From the human T2T-CHM13v2.0 reference genome, Homo sapiens: a DNA stretch of 64,000 bases. The stretch lies in the NCBI RefSeq assembly GCF_009914755.1, contig NC_060933.1, one strand, 5' to 3'. The notes under the pieces were generated by a model that did not search any database, was not told the DNA's origin, and worked only from the letters and a program-made list of their open reading frames with translations. The position numbers and the translations under genes were made by a program. Below are positions 1-13,699 of the stretch, piece after piece (position 1 is the stretch's first letter; the number at the start of each line of letters is the position of its first letter).

Positions 1-154
1 TTCCATTCCATTCCATTCCGTTCCATTCCGTTCCATTCCATTCCATTCCATTCTATTCGGGTTAATTCCATTCCATTCCATTCCATTCCATTCTATTCCA
101 TTCCATTGCAATCGAGTTGAATCCATTGCATTTCATTCCATTCCATTCCATTCC

Positions 155-3111
155 ATTCCGGAAGATTCCATTCCATTGCATTCCATTCCATTCCATTCCC
201 CTGCACTCGGGTTGATTCCATTCCATTCCATTCCATTCCATTCCATTCCATTCCGTTCCATTTCATTCTATTCGGGTTAATTCCATTCCATTCCATTCCA
301 CTCCATTCCAGTCCTTTCCATTCCATTCCACTCGGGTTGTTTCCATTCTATTCCTTTCAATTCCATTCCATTCCATTGCAATCGAGTTGATTCCATTCGA
401 GTTGAATCCATTCCATTCCATTCCATTCCATTCCATTCCATTGCACACGGGTTCATTCCATTCCATTCCATTCCATTCCATTCCATTCCATTCCATTCCA
501 TTTCATTACATTCCATTCTATTCCGTACCATTCCATTCCATCCCATTCCATTCCATTCCATTCCATTCCATGCCATTACACTCGGGTTGATTCCATTCCT
601 TTCCATTCCATTCTTGTTGAATCCATTCCATTCCATTCCATTCCATTCGAATCCATTCCATTGCACTCGGGTTGATTCCATTCCATTCCATTTCATTCCA
701 TTCCATTCCATTACATTCGGATTGATTCTATTCAATTCCCTTACACTCCATTACATTACATTCCATTCCATTCGGGATGTTACCATTCCATTCCATTCCA
801 TTCCACTCCATTCCACTGCATCAGGTTGATTGCTTTCCATTCCATTCCATTCCATTCCGGATGATTCCATTCCATTGCATTCCATTCCATTCCATTCCCC
901 TGCACTCGGGTTGATTCCATTCCATTCCATTCCATTCCATTCCATTCCATTCCATTCCGTTCCATTCCATTCCATTCCATTCCATTCTATTCCGGTTAAT
1001 TCCATTCCATTCCATTCGATTCCATTCCATTCCATTCCATTCCATTGCAATCGAGTTGATTCCATTCGAGTTGAATCCATTCCATTTCATTCCATTCCAT
1101 TCCATTCCATTGCACACGGGTTCATTCCATTCCATTCCATTCCATTCCATTCCATTCCATTTCGTTCCATTCCATTCTATTCCGTATCATTCCATTCCAT
1201 TCCATTCCATTCCATTCCATTCCATTCCATTCCTTTCCGTTCCATTCCATTCCATTCCATTCCATTCCGTTCCGTTCCGTTCCGATCCATTCCATTCCAT
1301 TCCATTCTATTCGGGTTTATTCCAATCCATTCCATTCCATTGCACTCGGGTTGATTCCATTCCATTCCATTCCATTCCATTCCATTCCATTCCGGATGAT
1401 TCCATTCCATTTCATTCCCCTGCACTCGCGTTGATTCCATTCCATTCCATTCCATTCCATTCCATTCCGTTCCGTTCCGTTCCATTCCATTCCATTCCAT
1501 TCCATTCCGTTCTGTTCCATTCCATTCCATTCCATTCTATTCGGGATAATTCCATTCCATTCCATTCGATTGCAGTCGTGTTGATTCCATTCCATTCCAT
1601 TCCATTCCATTCCATTCCATTCCTTTCCATTCCATTACGGATGATTCCATTCCATTGCATTCCATTCCATTCCATTCCCCTGTACTCGGGTTGATTCCAT
1701 TCCATTGCATTCCAATCCATGCCCTTCCACTCGTGTTGATTCCATTCTTTCCATTCCATTCAAGTTGAATCCATTCCATTGCATTCCATTCCATTCGATT
1801 CCATTCGATTGCACTCGGGTTGATTCCATTCCACTGCATTCCATTCCACTCTATTCCATTGCACTCGGGTTTATTCCATTCCATTCCATTCCATTCCATT
1901 CAAATCCATTCCATTCCGGAAGATTCCATTCCATTGCATTCCATTCCATTCCATTCCTCTGCACTCGCGTTGATTCCATTCCATTCCATTCCATTCCGTT
2001 CCATTCCATTCCATTCCATTCCTTTCCGTTCCATTCCATTCCATTCCATTCCATTCCATTCCATTCCATTCCATTCCGTTCCGTTCCGTTCCGTTCCGTT
2101 CCATTCCATTCCATTCCATTCTATTCGGGTTAATTCCTTTCTATTCCATTCCATTCCATTCCATTCCATTCGAGTTGATTCCATTCCATTCCATTCCATT
2201 CCATTCCACTCCATTCCAGTCCTTTCCATTCCATTCCACTCGGGTTGATTCCAATGTATTCCTTTCCATTCCATTCCATTCCTTTCCATTCCACTCGAAT
2301 ACATTCCCTCCTATTCCACTCGGAACCATTCCATTCCATTCCATTCCATTCCATTCCATTCCATTCCATTCCATTCCATTTCGTTCCATTCCATTCTATT
2401 CCGTATCATTCCATTCCATTCCATTCCATTCCATTCCATTCCATTCCACTCGTGTTGATTCCATTCCTTTCCATTCCATTCGGTTTGAAGGCATTCCATT
2501 CCATTCCATTCCATTCCATTCCATTCCATTCCATTCCATTCCATTGTACTCGGGTTGATTGCATTCCATTGCATTCCATTTCATTCCATTCAATTCCATT
2601 CCGTTGCATTCCATTCCATTACATTCGGATTGATTCCATTCAACTCCCTTACTCTGCATTACATTACATTCCATTCGGGTTGTTCCATTACATTCCATTC
2701 CAATCCATTCCATTGCACTCGGGTTGATTCCATTCCATTCCATTCCATTCCATTCCATTCCATTCCATTCCGGATGATTCCATTCCATTGCATTCCGTTC
2801 CATTACATTCCCCTGCATTCGCGATGATTCCATTCCATTCCATTCAATTCCATTCCATTACAATTCTTTACATTCCATTCTATTCCGTACCATTCCATTC
2901 CATTCCATACCATTCCATTCCATTCCATTCCATTCCATTCCATTCCATTCCGTTCCATTCAGTTCCATTGCATTCCATTCCATTCTATTCGGGTTAATTC
3001 CATTCCATTCCATTCAATTCCATTCTATCCCATTCCATTGCAATCGAGTTGAATCCATTGCATTTCATTCCATTCCATTCCATTCCATTCCATTCCATTC
3101 CGGAAGATTCC
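155..3111. promoter_or_regulatory. Three perfect heat shock element matches in the left arm (ATTCCGGAAGATTCC)
   Basis: nTTCnnGAAnnTTCn at 155-169, 1913-1927 and 3097-3111. Motif match only; binding not shown. Confidence 0.55.
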
Positions 3112-3739
3112 ATTCCATTGCATTCCATTCCATTCCATTCCCCTGCACTCGCGTTGATTCCTTTCCATTCCATTCCATTCCATTCCGTTCCGTTCCATTC
3201 CTTTCCATTCCCTTCCATTCCATTTCATTCCATTCCATTCCATTCCATTCCATTCCTTTCCATTCCATTCCATGCCATTCCACTCGGGTTGATTCCATTC
3301 CTTTCCATTCCATTCTAGTTGAACCTATTCCATTCCATTCCATTCCATTCCATTCCATTGCACACGGGTTCATTCCATTCCATTCCATTCCATTCCATTC
3401 CATTCCATTCCATTTCGTTCCATTCCATTCTATTCCTTACCATTCCATTCCATTCCTTTCCCTTCCATGCCATTTCACTCGGGTTTATTCCATTCCTTTC
3501 CATTCCATTCGGGTTGAATCCATTCCATTCCATTCCATTCCATTCCATTGAACTCAGGTTGATTCCATTCCATTCCATGCCATTCCATTTCATTCCATTC
3601 CATTCCATTCCATTCCATTCCATTCCATTCCATTCCATTCCGTTCCCTTCCATTCCATTACATTCGGATTGATTCTTTTTAATTCCCTTACACTCCATTA
3701 CATTCCTTTCCATTCGGGTACTTTCCATTCCATTCCATT

Positions 3740-5320
3740 CCATTCCACTGCATTCTATTGCACTCGGGTTGATTGATTCCATTCCATTGCATTCCATTCC
3801 ATTCCATTCCCCTGCACTCGGGTTGATCCCATTCCATTGCATTCCATTCCATTCCATTCCATTCCATTCCGTTCCATTCCATTCCATTCCATTCTCTTCA
3901 GCTTAATTCCATTCCATTCCATTCCCTTCCATTCCGTTCCATTCCATTCCATTCCATTCTGTTCAGGTTAATTCCATTCCATTCCATTCCCTTCCATTCC
4001 ATTCCATTCCATTCCATCCCATTGCAATCTAGTTGATTCCATTGCATTCCATTCCATTCCATTCCATTCCATTGCATTCCATTCCATTCCATTCCCCTGC
4101 ACTCAGATTGATTCCATTCCATCCCATTCCATTCCATTCCGTTCCATTACATTCCATTCCATTCTATTCGCGTTAATTCCATTCCATTCCATTACATTAC
4201 ATTCCATTGCAATCGAGTTGATTCCATTCCATTCCGTTCCATTCCATTCCATTCCATTCCATTCCATTCCATTTCATTCCATTCCATTCTATTCTGTACC
4301 ATTCCATTCCATTCCATTCCATTCCATTCAATTCCATGCCATTCCACTCGGGTTGATTCCATTGCTTTCCATTCCATTTGGGTTGAATCCAATCCATTCC
4401 ATTCCATTCCATTCCATTCTATTCCATTTCATTCCATTCCATTCCATTCCATTCCATTGCACTAGGTTTGATTCCATTCCACTGCATTCCATTCCATTCC
4501 ATTCCGTTCCATTCCATTCCATTACATTCGGATTGATTGTATTCAATTCCCTTACACTCCATTACATTCCATTACATTCGGGTTGTTTCCATTCCATTAC
4601 ATTCCATTCCACTCCATTCCATTGCACTCAGGTTGATTCCATTCCATTCCATTCCATTCCATTCCATTACTTTCCATTCCATTCTATTCCGTACCATTCC
4701 ATTCCATTCCATTCCATTCCATTCCATGCGATTCCACTCAGGTTTATTCCATTCCTTTCCATTCCATTCGGGTTGAATCCATTCCATTCCATTCCATTCC
4801 ATTCCATTCCTTTGCACTCGGGTTGATTCCATTCCATTCCCTGCCATTCCATTTCATTCCATTCCATTCCATTCCATTCCATTCCATTCCATTCCATTCC
4901 ACTGCATTCTATTGCACTCGGGTTGATTGATTCCATTCCATTGCATTCCATTCCATTCCATTCCATTCCATTCCATACCATTCCATTCCATTCTGTTCAG
5001 GTTAATTCCATTCCATTCCATTCCCTTCCATTCCATTCCATTCCATTCCATCCCATTGCAATCGAGGTGATTCCATTGCATTCCATTCCATTCCATTCCA
5101 TTGCATTCCATTCCATTGCATTCCCCTGCACTCAGATTGATTCCATTCCATTTCTTTCCATTCCATTCCGTTCCATTCCTTTCCATTCCATTCTATTTGC
5201 GTTAATTCCGTTCCATTCCATTCCATTACATTCCTTTGCAATCGAGTTGATTCCATTCCATTCCGTTCCATTCCATTCCATTCCATTCCATGCCATTCCA
5301 CTCGGGTTGATTCCATTCCT
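3740..5320 (-). repeat. Diverged direct duplication in the left arm (~3740-4250 vs ~4890-5280; offset ~1.03-1.15 kb)
   Basis: Paired markers: GGGTTGATTGATTCC (3766/4920), CTGTTCAGGTTAATT (3959/4993), CTGCACTCAGATTG (4097/5126), GCGTTAATT (4170/5199). Confidence 0.8.
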
Positions 5321-5767
5321 TTCCATTCCATTCGAGTTGAATCCATTCCATTCCATTCTATTCCATTCGATTCCATTCAATTGCTCACTTGTTCATTCCA
5401 TTCCATTCCATTCCATTCCATTTCGTTCCATTCCATTCTCTTCCGTAGTATTCCATTCCATTCCATTCCACTCCATTCCATGCCATTCCACTCGGGTTTA
5501 TTCCATTCCTTTCCATTCCATTCGGGTTGAATTCATTCCATTGCATTCCATTCCATTCCATTCAATTCCATTACATTGCACTCGGGTTGATTCCATTCCA
5601 TTCCATTCCATTTCAATCCATTCCCTTCCATTCCATTTCATTCCATTGCTTTCCATTCCATTCCATTCCATTCCATTCCATGCCATTCCACTCGGGTTGA
5701 TTCCATTCCTTTCCATTCCATTCTAGTTGAACCCTTTCCATTCCATTCCATTCCATTCCATTCCATT

Positions 5768-5795
5768 CCATTGCACACGGAATGGAATGGAATGG
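5768..5795. other. Strand-switch (inversion) breakpoint within the satellite array
   Basis: Sequence reads CCATTGCACAC-GG-AATGGAATGG. The intact motif elsewhere is CCATTGCACACGGGTTCATTCC (e.g. ~3355-3376), so it is truncated after GG (5779-5780), which doubles as the start of the first GGAAT. No inserted foreign bases. Confidence 0.95.
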
Positions 5796-5985
5796 AAACA
5801 ACCCGAATGGAATGGAATGTAATGGATTGTAAGGGAATTGAATACAATCAATCCGAATGTAAAGGAATGGAATGGAACGGAATGGAATGGAATGGAATGC
5901 AGCGGAATGGAATCAAACCTAGTGCAATGGAATGGAATGGAATGGAATGGAATGGAATGGAATGGAATGGATTGGATTCAACCCG
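5779..5985 (+). repeat. ~200 bp inverted copy of left-arm segment ~4378-4595
   Basis: Shares CAAACCTAGTGC (5914-5925; reverse complement GCACTAGGTTTG at 4459-4470) and GGATTGGATTCAACCC (5969-5984; reverse complement at ~4380-4395) in the expected order. I saw neither marker elsewhere in the window. A handful of substitutions separate the copies. Confidence 0.85.
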
Positions 5986-8900
5986 AATAGAATGGATTCA
6001 ACCCGAATGGAATGGAAAGGAATGGAATAAACCCGAGTGGAATGGCATGGAATGGAGTGGAATGGAATGGAATGGAAGGGAATGGAATGGAATGGAATGG
6101 AATGGAACGAAATGGAATGGAATGGAATGGAATGGAATGGAATGGAATGGAATGGAATGAACCCGTGTGCAATTGAATGGAATCGAATGGAATGGAATGC
6201 AATGGAATGGATTCAACTAGAATGGAATGGAAAGGAATCGAATCAACTCGAGTGGAATGGCATGGCATGGAATGGAATGGAATGGAATGGAATGGAATGG
6301 AAAGGTAGGGAATAGAATGGAATGGAACGAAATGGAATGGAATGGAATGGAATGAATGGCATGGAATGGAATAGAATGGAATCCACCCGATTGCAGGGGA
6401 ATGGAATGGAACGGAATGCAATGGAATGGAATGGAATGGATTCAACCCGAATGGAATGGAAAGGAATGGAATCAACCCGAGTGGAATGGCATGGAATGGA
6501 ATGGAATGGAATGGAATGGAATGGTACGGAATAGAATGGAATGGAACGAAATGGAATGGAATGGAATGGAATGGAATGGAATGGAATGGAATCAACCTGA
6601 GTGCAATGGAATGGAGTGGAATGGAATGTAATGGAACGGAAACAACCCGAATGGAATGGAATGTAATGGAGTGTAAGGGAATTGAATACAATCAATCCGA
6701 ATGTAAAGGAATGGAATGGAACGGAATGGAATGGAATGGAATGGAATGGAATGGAATGGAATGGAATGAAATGGAATGGCAGGGAATGGAATGGAATCAA
6801 CCCGAGTGCAAAGGAATGGAATGGAATGGAATGGAATGGAATGGAATGGAATGGATTCAACCCGAATGGAATGGAAAGGAATGTAATAAACCTGAGTGGA
6901 ATGGCATGGAATGGAATGGAATGGAATGGAATGGTACGGAATAGAATGGAATGGAACGAAATGGAATGGAATGGAATGGAATGGAATGGAATCAACCTGA
7001 GTGCAATGGAATGGAGTAGAATGGAATGTAATGGAATGGAAACAACCCGAATGGAATGGAATGTAATGGAGTGTAAGGGAATTGAGTACAATCAGTACGA
7101 ATGTAATGGAATGGAATGGAACGGAATGGAATGGAATGGAAAGGAATGGAATCAACACGAGTGCAGGGGAATGGAATGTAATGGAATGCAATGGAATGGA
7201 ATCATCCTGAATGGAATGGAATGCAATGGAATGGAATCAATCAACCCGAGTGCAATATAATACAGAGGAATGCAATGGAATGGAATGGAAACTACCCGAA
7301 TGGAATGGAATGTAATGGAGTGTAAGGGAATTAAAAAGAATCAATCCGAATGTAATGGAATTGAATGGAAAGGAATGGAATGGAATGGAACGGAATGGAA
7401 TGGAATGGAATGAAATGGAATGGCATGGAATGGAATGGAATCAACCCGAGTTCAATGGAATGGAATGGAATGGAATGGAATGGAATGGAATGGAATGGAT
7501 TCAACCCGAATGGAATGGAAAGGAATGGAATAAACCCGAGTGAAATGGCATGGAAGGGAATGGAATGGAATGGAATGGTAAGGAATAGAATGGAATGGAA
7601 CGAAATGGAATGGAATGGAATGGAATGGAATGGAATGGAATGGAACGGAATGGAATGAACCCGTGTGCAAAGGAATGGAATGGAATGGAATGGAATGAAA
7701 TGGAATAGAATGGAATGGGTTCAACTGGAATGGAATGGAAAGGAATGGAATCAACCCGAGTGCAATGGAATGGAGTGGAATGGAATGGAATGGAATGGAA
7801 TCAACCCGAGTGCAATGGAATAGAATGGAATGGAATGGAATGGAATGAATTCAACCCGAATGGAATGGAAAGGAATGGAATAAACCCGAGTGGAATGGCA
7901 TGGAATGGAGTGCAATGGAATGGAATGGAATGGTACGGAAGAGAATGGAATGGAACGAAATGGAATGAAATGGAATAGAATGGAATGGAATGGAATGGAA
8001 TGGAATGAACCCGTGAGCAATGGAATGGAATCGAATGGAATGGAATCGAATGGAATGGATTCAACTCGAATGGAATGGAAAGAAATGGAATCAACCCGAG
8101 TGGAATGGCATGGAATGGAATCGAATGGAATGGAAAGCAATGGAATCAACCCGAGTGCAGAGGAATGGAATGGAATGGAAGGCAATGGATTGGAATGAAA
8201 TGGAATGGCATGGAATGGAATGGAATCAACCCGAGTTCAATGGAATTGAATGGAATGGAATGGAATGGAATGGAATGGAATAAACTCGATTGCAAAGGAA
8301 TGGAATGGAATGGAATGGAATGGAATGGAATGGAATGGAATGGAATTAACCCTAATAGAATGGAATGGAATGGAATAGAATGGAATGGAATGGAAGGGAA
8401 TGGAATGGAATGGAATGGAATTAACCCGAATAGAATGGAATGGAATGGAATTGAATGGAATGGAATGGAATGGAATCAACTCGATTTCAATGGAATGGAA
8501 TGGAATGGAATGGAATGGAATGGAATGGAATAGAATGGAATCCACCCGAGTGCAGGGGAATGGAATGGAATAGAATGCAATGGAATGGAATCATACGGAA
8601 TGGAATGGAATGGAATGGAATTGAATGGAATGGAAAGGAATGGAAACAACCCGAATGGAAAGGAATGTGATGGATTGTAAGGGAATTGAATAGAATCAAT
8701 CCGAATGTAATGGAATTGAATGGAACGGAATGGAATGGAATGGAATGGAATGGAATGGAATGCAAAGGAATGGGATCAACCCGAGTGCAATGGAATGGAA
8801 TCGAAAGGAAAGGAATGGAATGGAAAGGCTTCACCCCGAATGGAATGGAAAGGAATGGAATCAACCCGAGTTGAATGGAATGGAATGGAATGGAATGGAA

Positions 8901-9846
8901 TGGAATGGAATGGAATGGAATGCAATGGAATGGAACGGAATGGAATCAACCCGATTGCAATGAAACTGAATGGAATGGAATGGAATGGAATGGAATTAAC
9001 CCAAATAGAATGGAATGGAATGGAATGGAATGGTATGGAATGGAATGGAACGGAATGGAATGGAATGGAATTGAATGGAATCAACCCGGGTGCAGGGGAA
9101 TGCAATTGAATGGAAGGCAATGGAATGCAATCATCCGAAATGGAATGGAATTGAATGGAATGGAATGGTTTCAACCCGAATGGAATGGAATGGAAAGGAA
9201 TCAACCCGAGTGGAATGGCATGGAATGGAATGGAATGGAATGGAATGGAATGGAATGGAATGGTATGGAATAGAATGGAATGGAACGAAATGGAATGGAA
9301 GGGAATGGAATGGAATGGAATGGAATCAACCCGACTGCAATGGAATGGAGTGGAATGGAATGGAATGGAATGGAAACAACCCGAATGGAATGGAATGTAA
9401 TGGAGTGTAAGGGAATTGAATACAATCAATACGAATGTAATGGAATGGAATGGAACGGAATGGAATGGAATGGAATGGAATAGAATGGAATCCACCCGAT
9501 TGCAGGGGAATGGAATGGAATGGAATGCAATGGAATGGAATGGAATGGATTCAACCCGAATAGAATGGAAAGGAAAGGAATAAACCCGAGTGAAATGGCA
9601 TGGAAGGGAATGGAATGGAATGCAATGGTACGGAGTAGAATGGAATGGAACGAAATGGAATGGAATGGAATGGAATGGAATGGAATTGGATGGAATGAAC
9701 CCGTGAGCAATGGAATGGAATGGAATGGAATGGAATGGAATGGAATAGAATGGAATGGGTTCAACTCGAATGGAATGGAAAGGAATGGAATCAACCCGAG
9801 TGGAATGGCATGGAATGGAATGGAATGGAATGGAATGGAATGGAAT
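5974..9846 (+). repeat. ~3.86 kb higher-order repeat, copy 1
   Basis: Begins at doubled motif GGATTCAACCCGAATAGAATGGATTCAACCCG (5974, 9847, 13700). Unit markers AATTAAAAAGAATC (7329), GGCTTCACCCCG (8827) and CAATGAAACTG (~8958) each recur once per unit. Confidence 0.9.
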
Positions 9847-12800
9847 GGATTCAACCCGAATAGAATGGATTCAACCCGAATGGAATGGAAAGGAATGGAA
9901 TAAACCCGAGTGGAATGGCATGGAATGGAGTGGAATGGAATGGAATGGAAGGGAATGGTACGGAATAGAATGGAATGGAACGAAATGGAATGGAATGGAA
10001 TGGAATGGAATGGAATGGAATGGAATGAACCCGTGTGCAATTGAATGGAATCGAATGGAATGGAATGCAATGGAATGGATTCAACTAGAATGGAATGGAA
10101 AGGAATGGAATCAACTCGAGTGGAATGGCATGGCATGGAATGGAATGGAATGGAATGGAATGGAATGGAAAGGTAGGGAATAGAATGGAATGGAACGAAA
10201 TGGAATGGAATGGAATGGAATGAATGGAATGGAATGGAATAGAATGGAATCCACCCGATTGCAGGGGAATGGAATGGAACGGAATGCAATGGAATGGAAT
10301 GGAATGGATTCAACCCGAATGGAATGGAAAGGAATGGAATCAACCCGAGTGGAATGGCATGGAATGGAATGGAATGGAATGGAATGGAATGGAATGGTAC
10401 GGAATAGAATGGAATGGAACGAAATGGAATGGAATGGAATGGAATGGAATGGAATGGAATCAACCTGAGTGCAATGGAATGCAGTGGAATGGAATGTAAT
10501 GGAACGGAAACAACCCGAATGGAATGGAATGTAATGGAGTGTAAGGGAATTGAATACAATCAATCCGAATGTAATGGAATGGAATGGAACGGAATGGAAT
10601 GGAATGGAATGGAATGGAATGGAATGGAATGGAATGGAATGAAATGGAATGGCAGGGAATGGAATGGAATCAACCCGAGTGCAAAGGAATGGAATGGAAT
10701 GGAATGGAATGGAATGGAATGGAATGGAGTCAACCCGAATGGAATGGAAAGGAATGTAATAAACCTGAGTGGAATGGCATGGAATGGAATGGAATGGAAT
10801 GGAATGGCACGGAATAGAATGGAATGGAACGAAATGGAATGGAATGGAATGGAATGGAATGGAATCAACCTGAGTGCAATGGAATGGAGTAGAATGGAAT
10901 GTAATGGAATGGAAACAACCCGAATGGAATGGAATGTAATGGAGTGTAAGGGAATTGAGTACAATCAGTACGAATGTAATGGAATGGAATGGAACGGAAT
11001 GGAATGGAATGGAAAGGAATGGAATCAACACGAGTGCAGGGGAATGGAATGGAATGGAATGCAATGGAATGGAATCATCCCGAATGGAATGGAATGCAAT
11101 GGAATGGAATCAATCAACCCGAGTGCAATAGAATACAGAGGAATGGAATGGAATGGAATGGAAACTACCCGAATGGAATGGAATGTAATGGAGTGTAAGG
11201 GAATTAAAAAGAATCAATCCGAATGTAATGGAATTGAACGGAAAGGAATGGAATGGAATGGAACGGAATGGAATGGAATGGAATGAAATGGAATGGCATG
11301 GAATGGAATGGAATCAACCCGAGTTCAATGGAATGGAATGGAATGGAATGGAATGGAATGGAATGGAATGGAATGGAATGGATTCAACCCGAATGGAATG
11401 GAAAGGAATGGAATAAACCCGAGTGAAATGGCATGGAAGGGAATGGAATGGAATGGAATGGTAAGGAATAGAATGGAATGGAACGAAATGGAATGGAATG
11501 GAATGGAATGGAATGGAATGGAATGGACCCGTGTGCAAAGGAATGGAATGGAATGGAATGGAATGGAATAGAATGGAATGGGTTCAACTGGAATGGAATG
11601 GAAAGGAATGGAATCAACCCGAGTGCAATGGAATGGAGTGGAATGGAATGGAATGGAATGAAATCAACCCGAGTGCAATGGAATAGAATGGAATGGAATG
11701 GAATGGAATGAATTCAACCCGAATGGAATGGAAAGGAATGGAATAAACCCGAGTGGAATGGCATGGAATGGAGTGCAATGGAATGGAATGGAATGGTACG
11801 GAAGAGAATGGAATGGAACGAAATGGAATGAAATGGAATAGAATGGAATGGAATGGAATGGAATGGAATGAACCCGTGAGCAATGGAATGGAATCGAATG
11901 GAATGGAATCGAATGGAATGGATTCAACTCGAATGGAATGGAAAGAAATGGAATCAACCCGAGTGGAATGGCATGGAATGGAATCGAATGGAATGGAAAG
12001 GAATGGAATCAACCCGAGTGCAGAGGAATGGAATGGAATGGAAGGCAATGGATTGGAATGAAATGGAATGGCATGGAATGGAATGGAATCAACCCGAGTT
12101 CAATGGAATTGAATGGAATGGAATGGAATGGAATGGAATGGAATAAACTCGATTGCAAAGGAATGGAATGGAATGGAATGGAATGGAATGGAATGGAATG
12201 GAATTAACCCTAATAGAATGGAATGGAATGGAATAGAATGGAATGGAATGGAAGGGAATGGAATGGAATGGAATGGAATTAACCCGAATAGAATGGAATG
12301 GAATGGAATTGAATGGAATGGAATGGAATGGAATCAACTCGATTTCAATGGAATGGAATGGAATGGAATGGAATGGAATGGAATGGAATGGAATAGAATG
12401 GAATCCACCCGAGTGCAGGGGAATGGAATGGAATAGAATGCAATGGAATGGAATCATACGGAATGGAATGGAATGGAATGGAATTGAATGGAATGGAAAG
12501 GAATGGAAACAACCCGAATGGAAAGGAATGTGATGGATTGTAAGGGAATTGAATAGAATCAATCCGAATGTAATGGAATTGAATGGAACGGAATGGAATG
12601 GAATGGAATGGAATGCAAAGGAATGGGATCAACCCGAGTGCAATGGAATGGAATCGAAAGGAAAGGAATGGAATGGAAAGGCTTCACCCCGAATGGAATG
12701 AAAAGGAATGGAATCAACCCGAGTTGAATGGAATGGAATGGAATGGAATGGAATGGAATGGAATGGAATGGAATGCAATGGAATGGAACGGAATGGAATC

Positions 12801-13699
12801 AACCCGATTGCAATGAAACTGAATGGAATGGAATGGAATGGAATGGAATTAACCCAAATAGAATGGAATGGAATGGAATGGAATGGTATGGAATGGAATG
12901 GAACGGAATGGAATGGAATGGAATTGAATGGAATCAACCCGGGTGCAGGGGAATGCAATTGAATGGAAGGCAATGGAATGCAATCATCCGAAATGGAATG
13001 GAATTGAATGGAATGGAATGGTTTCAACCCGAATGGAATGGAATGGAAAGGAATCAACCCGAGTGGAATGGCATGGAATGGAATGGAATGGAATGGAATG
13101 GAATGGAATGGAATGGTATGGAATAGAATGGAATGGAACGAAATGGAATGGAAGGGAATGGAATGGAATGGAATGGAATCAACCCGACTGCAATGGAATG
13201 GAGTGGAATGGAATGGAATGGAATGGAAACAACCCGAATGGAATGGAATGTAATGGAGTGTAAGGGAATTGAATACAATCAATACGAATGTAATGGAATG
13301 GAATGGAACGGAATGGAATGGAATGGAATGGAATAGAATGGAATCCACCCGATTGCAGGGGAATGGAATGGAATGGAATGCAATGGAATGGAATGGAATG
13401 GATTCAACCCGAATAGAATGGAAAGGAAAGGAATAAACCCGAGTGAAATGGCATGGAAGGGAATGGAATGGAATGCAATGGTACGGAGTAGAATGGAATG
13501 GAACGAAATGGAATGGAATGGAATGGAATGGAATGGAATTGGATGGAATGAACCCGTGAGCAATGGAATGGAATGGAATGGAATGGAATGGAATGGAATG
13601 GAATGGAATGGGTTCAACTCGAATGGAATGGAAAGGAATGGAATCAACCCGAGTGGAATGGCATGGAATGGAATGGAATGGAATGGAATGGAATGGAAT
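9847..13699 (+). repeat. ~3.86 kb higher-order repeat, copy 2
   Basis: ORF-track pairs 8776/12629, 8875/12728, 9426/13279 and 9851/13704 are offset by 3853 bp with identical or near-identical translations; 7751/11614 are offset by 3863. Confidence 0.92.

Larger units (their letters stand above)
1..5780 (-). repeat. Satellite 3 (HSat3/SatIII) array, left arm; C-rich (ATTCC)n strand on +
   Basis: Continuous ATTCC pentamers interspersed with ACTCGGGTTG/ATTCGGGTTG and ATCGAGTTG decamers (e.g. 205-214, 331-340). Pentamer plus CAACCCGA(G/A)T decamer is the classical Satellite III signature; the CATTCGATTC-rich pattern of Satellite II is not dominant. Confidence 0.96.

Noticed and set aside
7165-7172. 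GCAGGGGAA tracts as G-quadruplex motifs
   Set aside because: G-runs of three or more are isolated and usually far apart; I saw no cluster of four G3 tracts with short loops.
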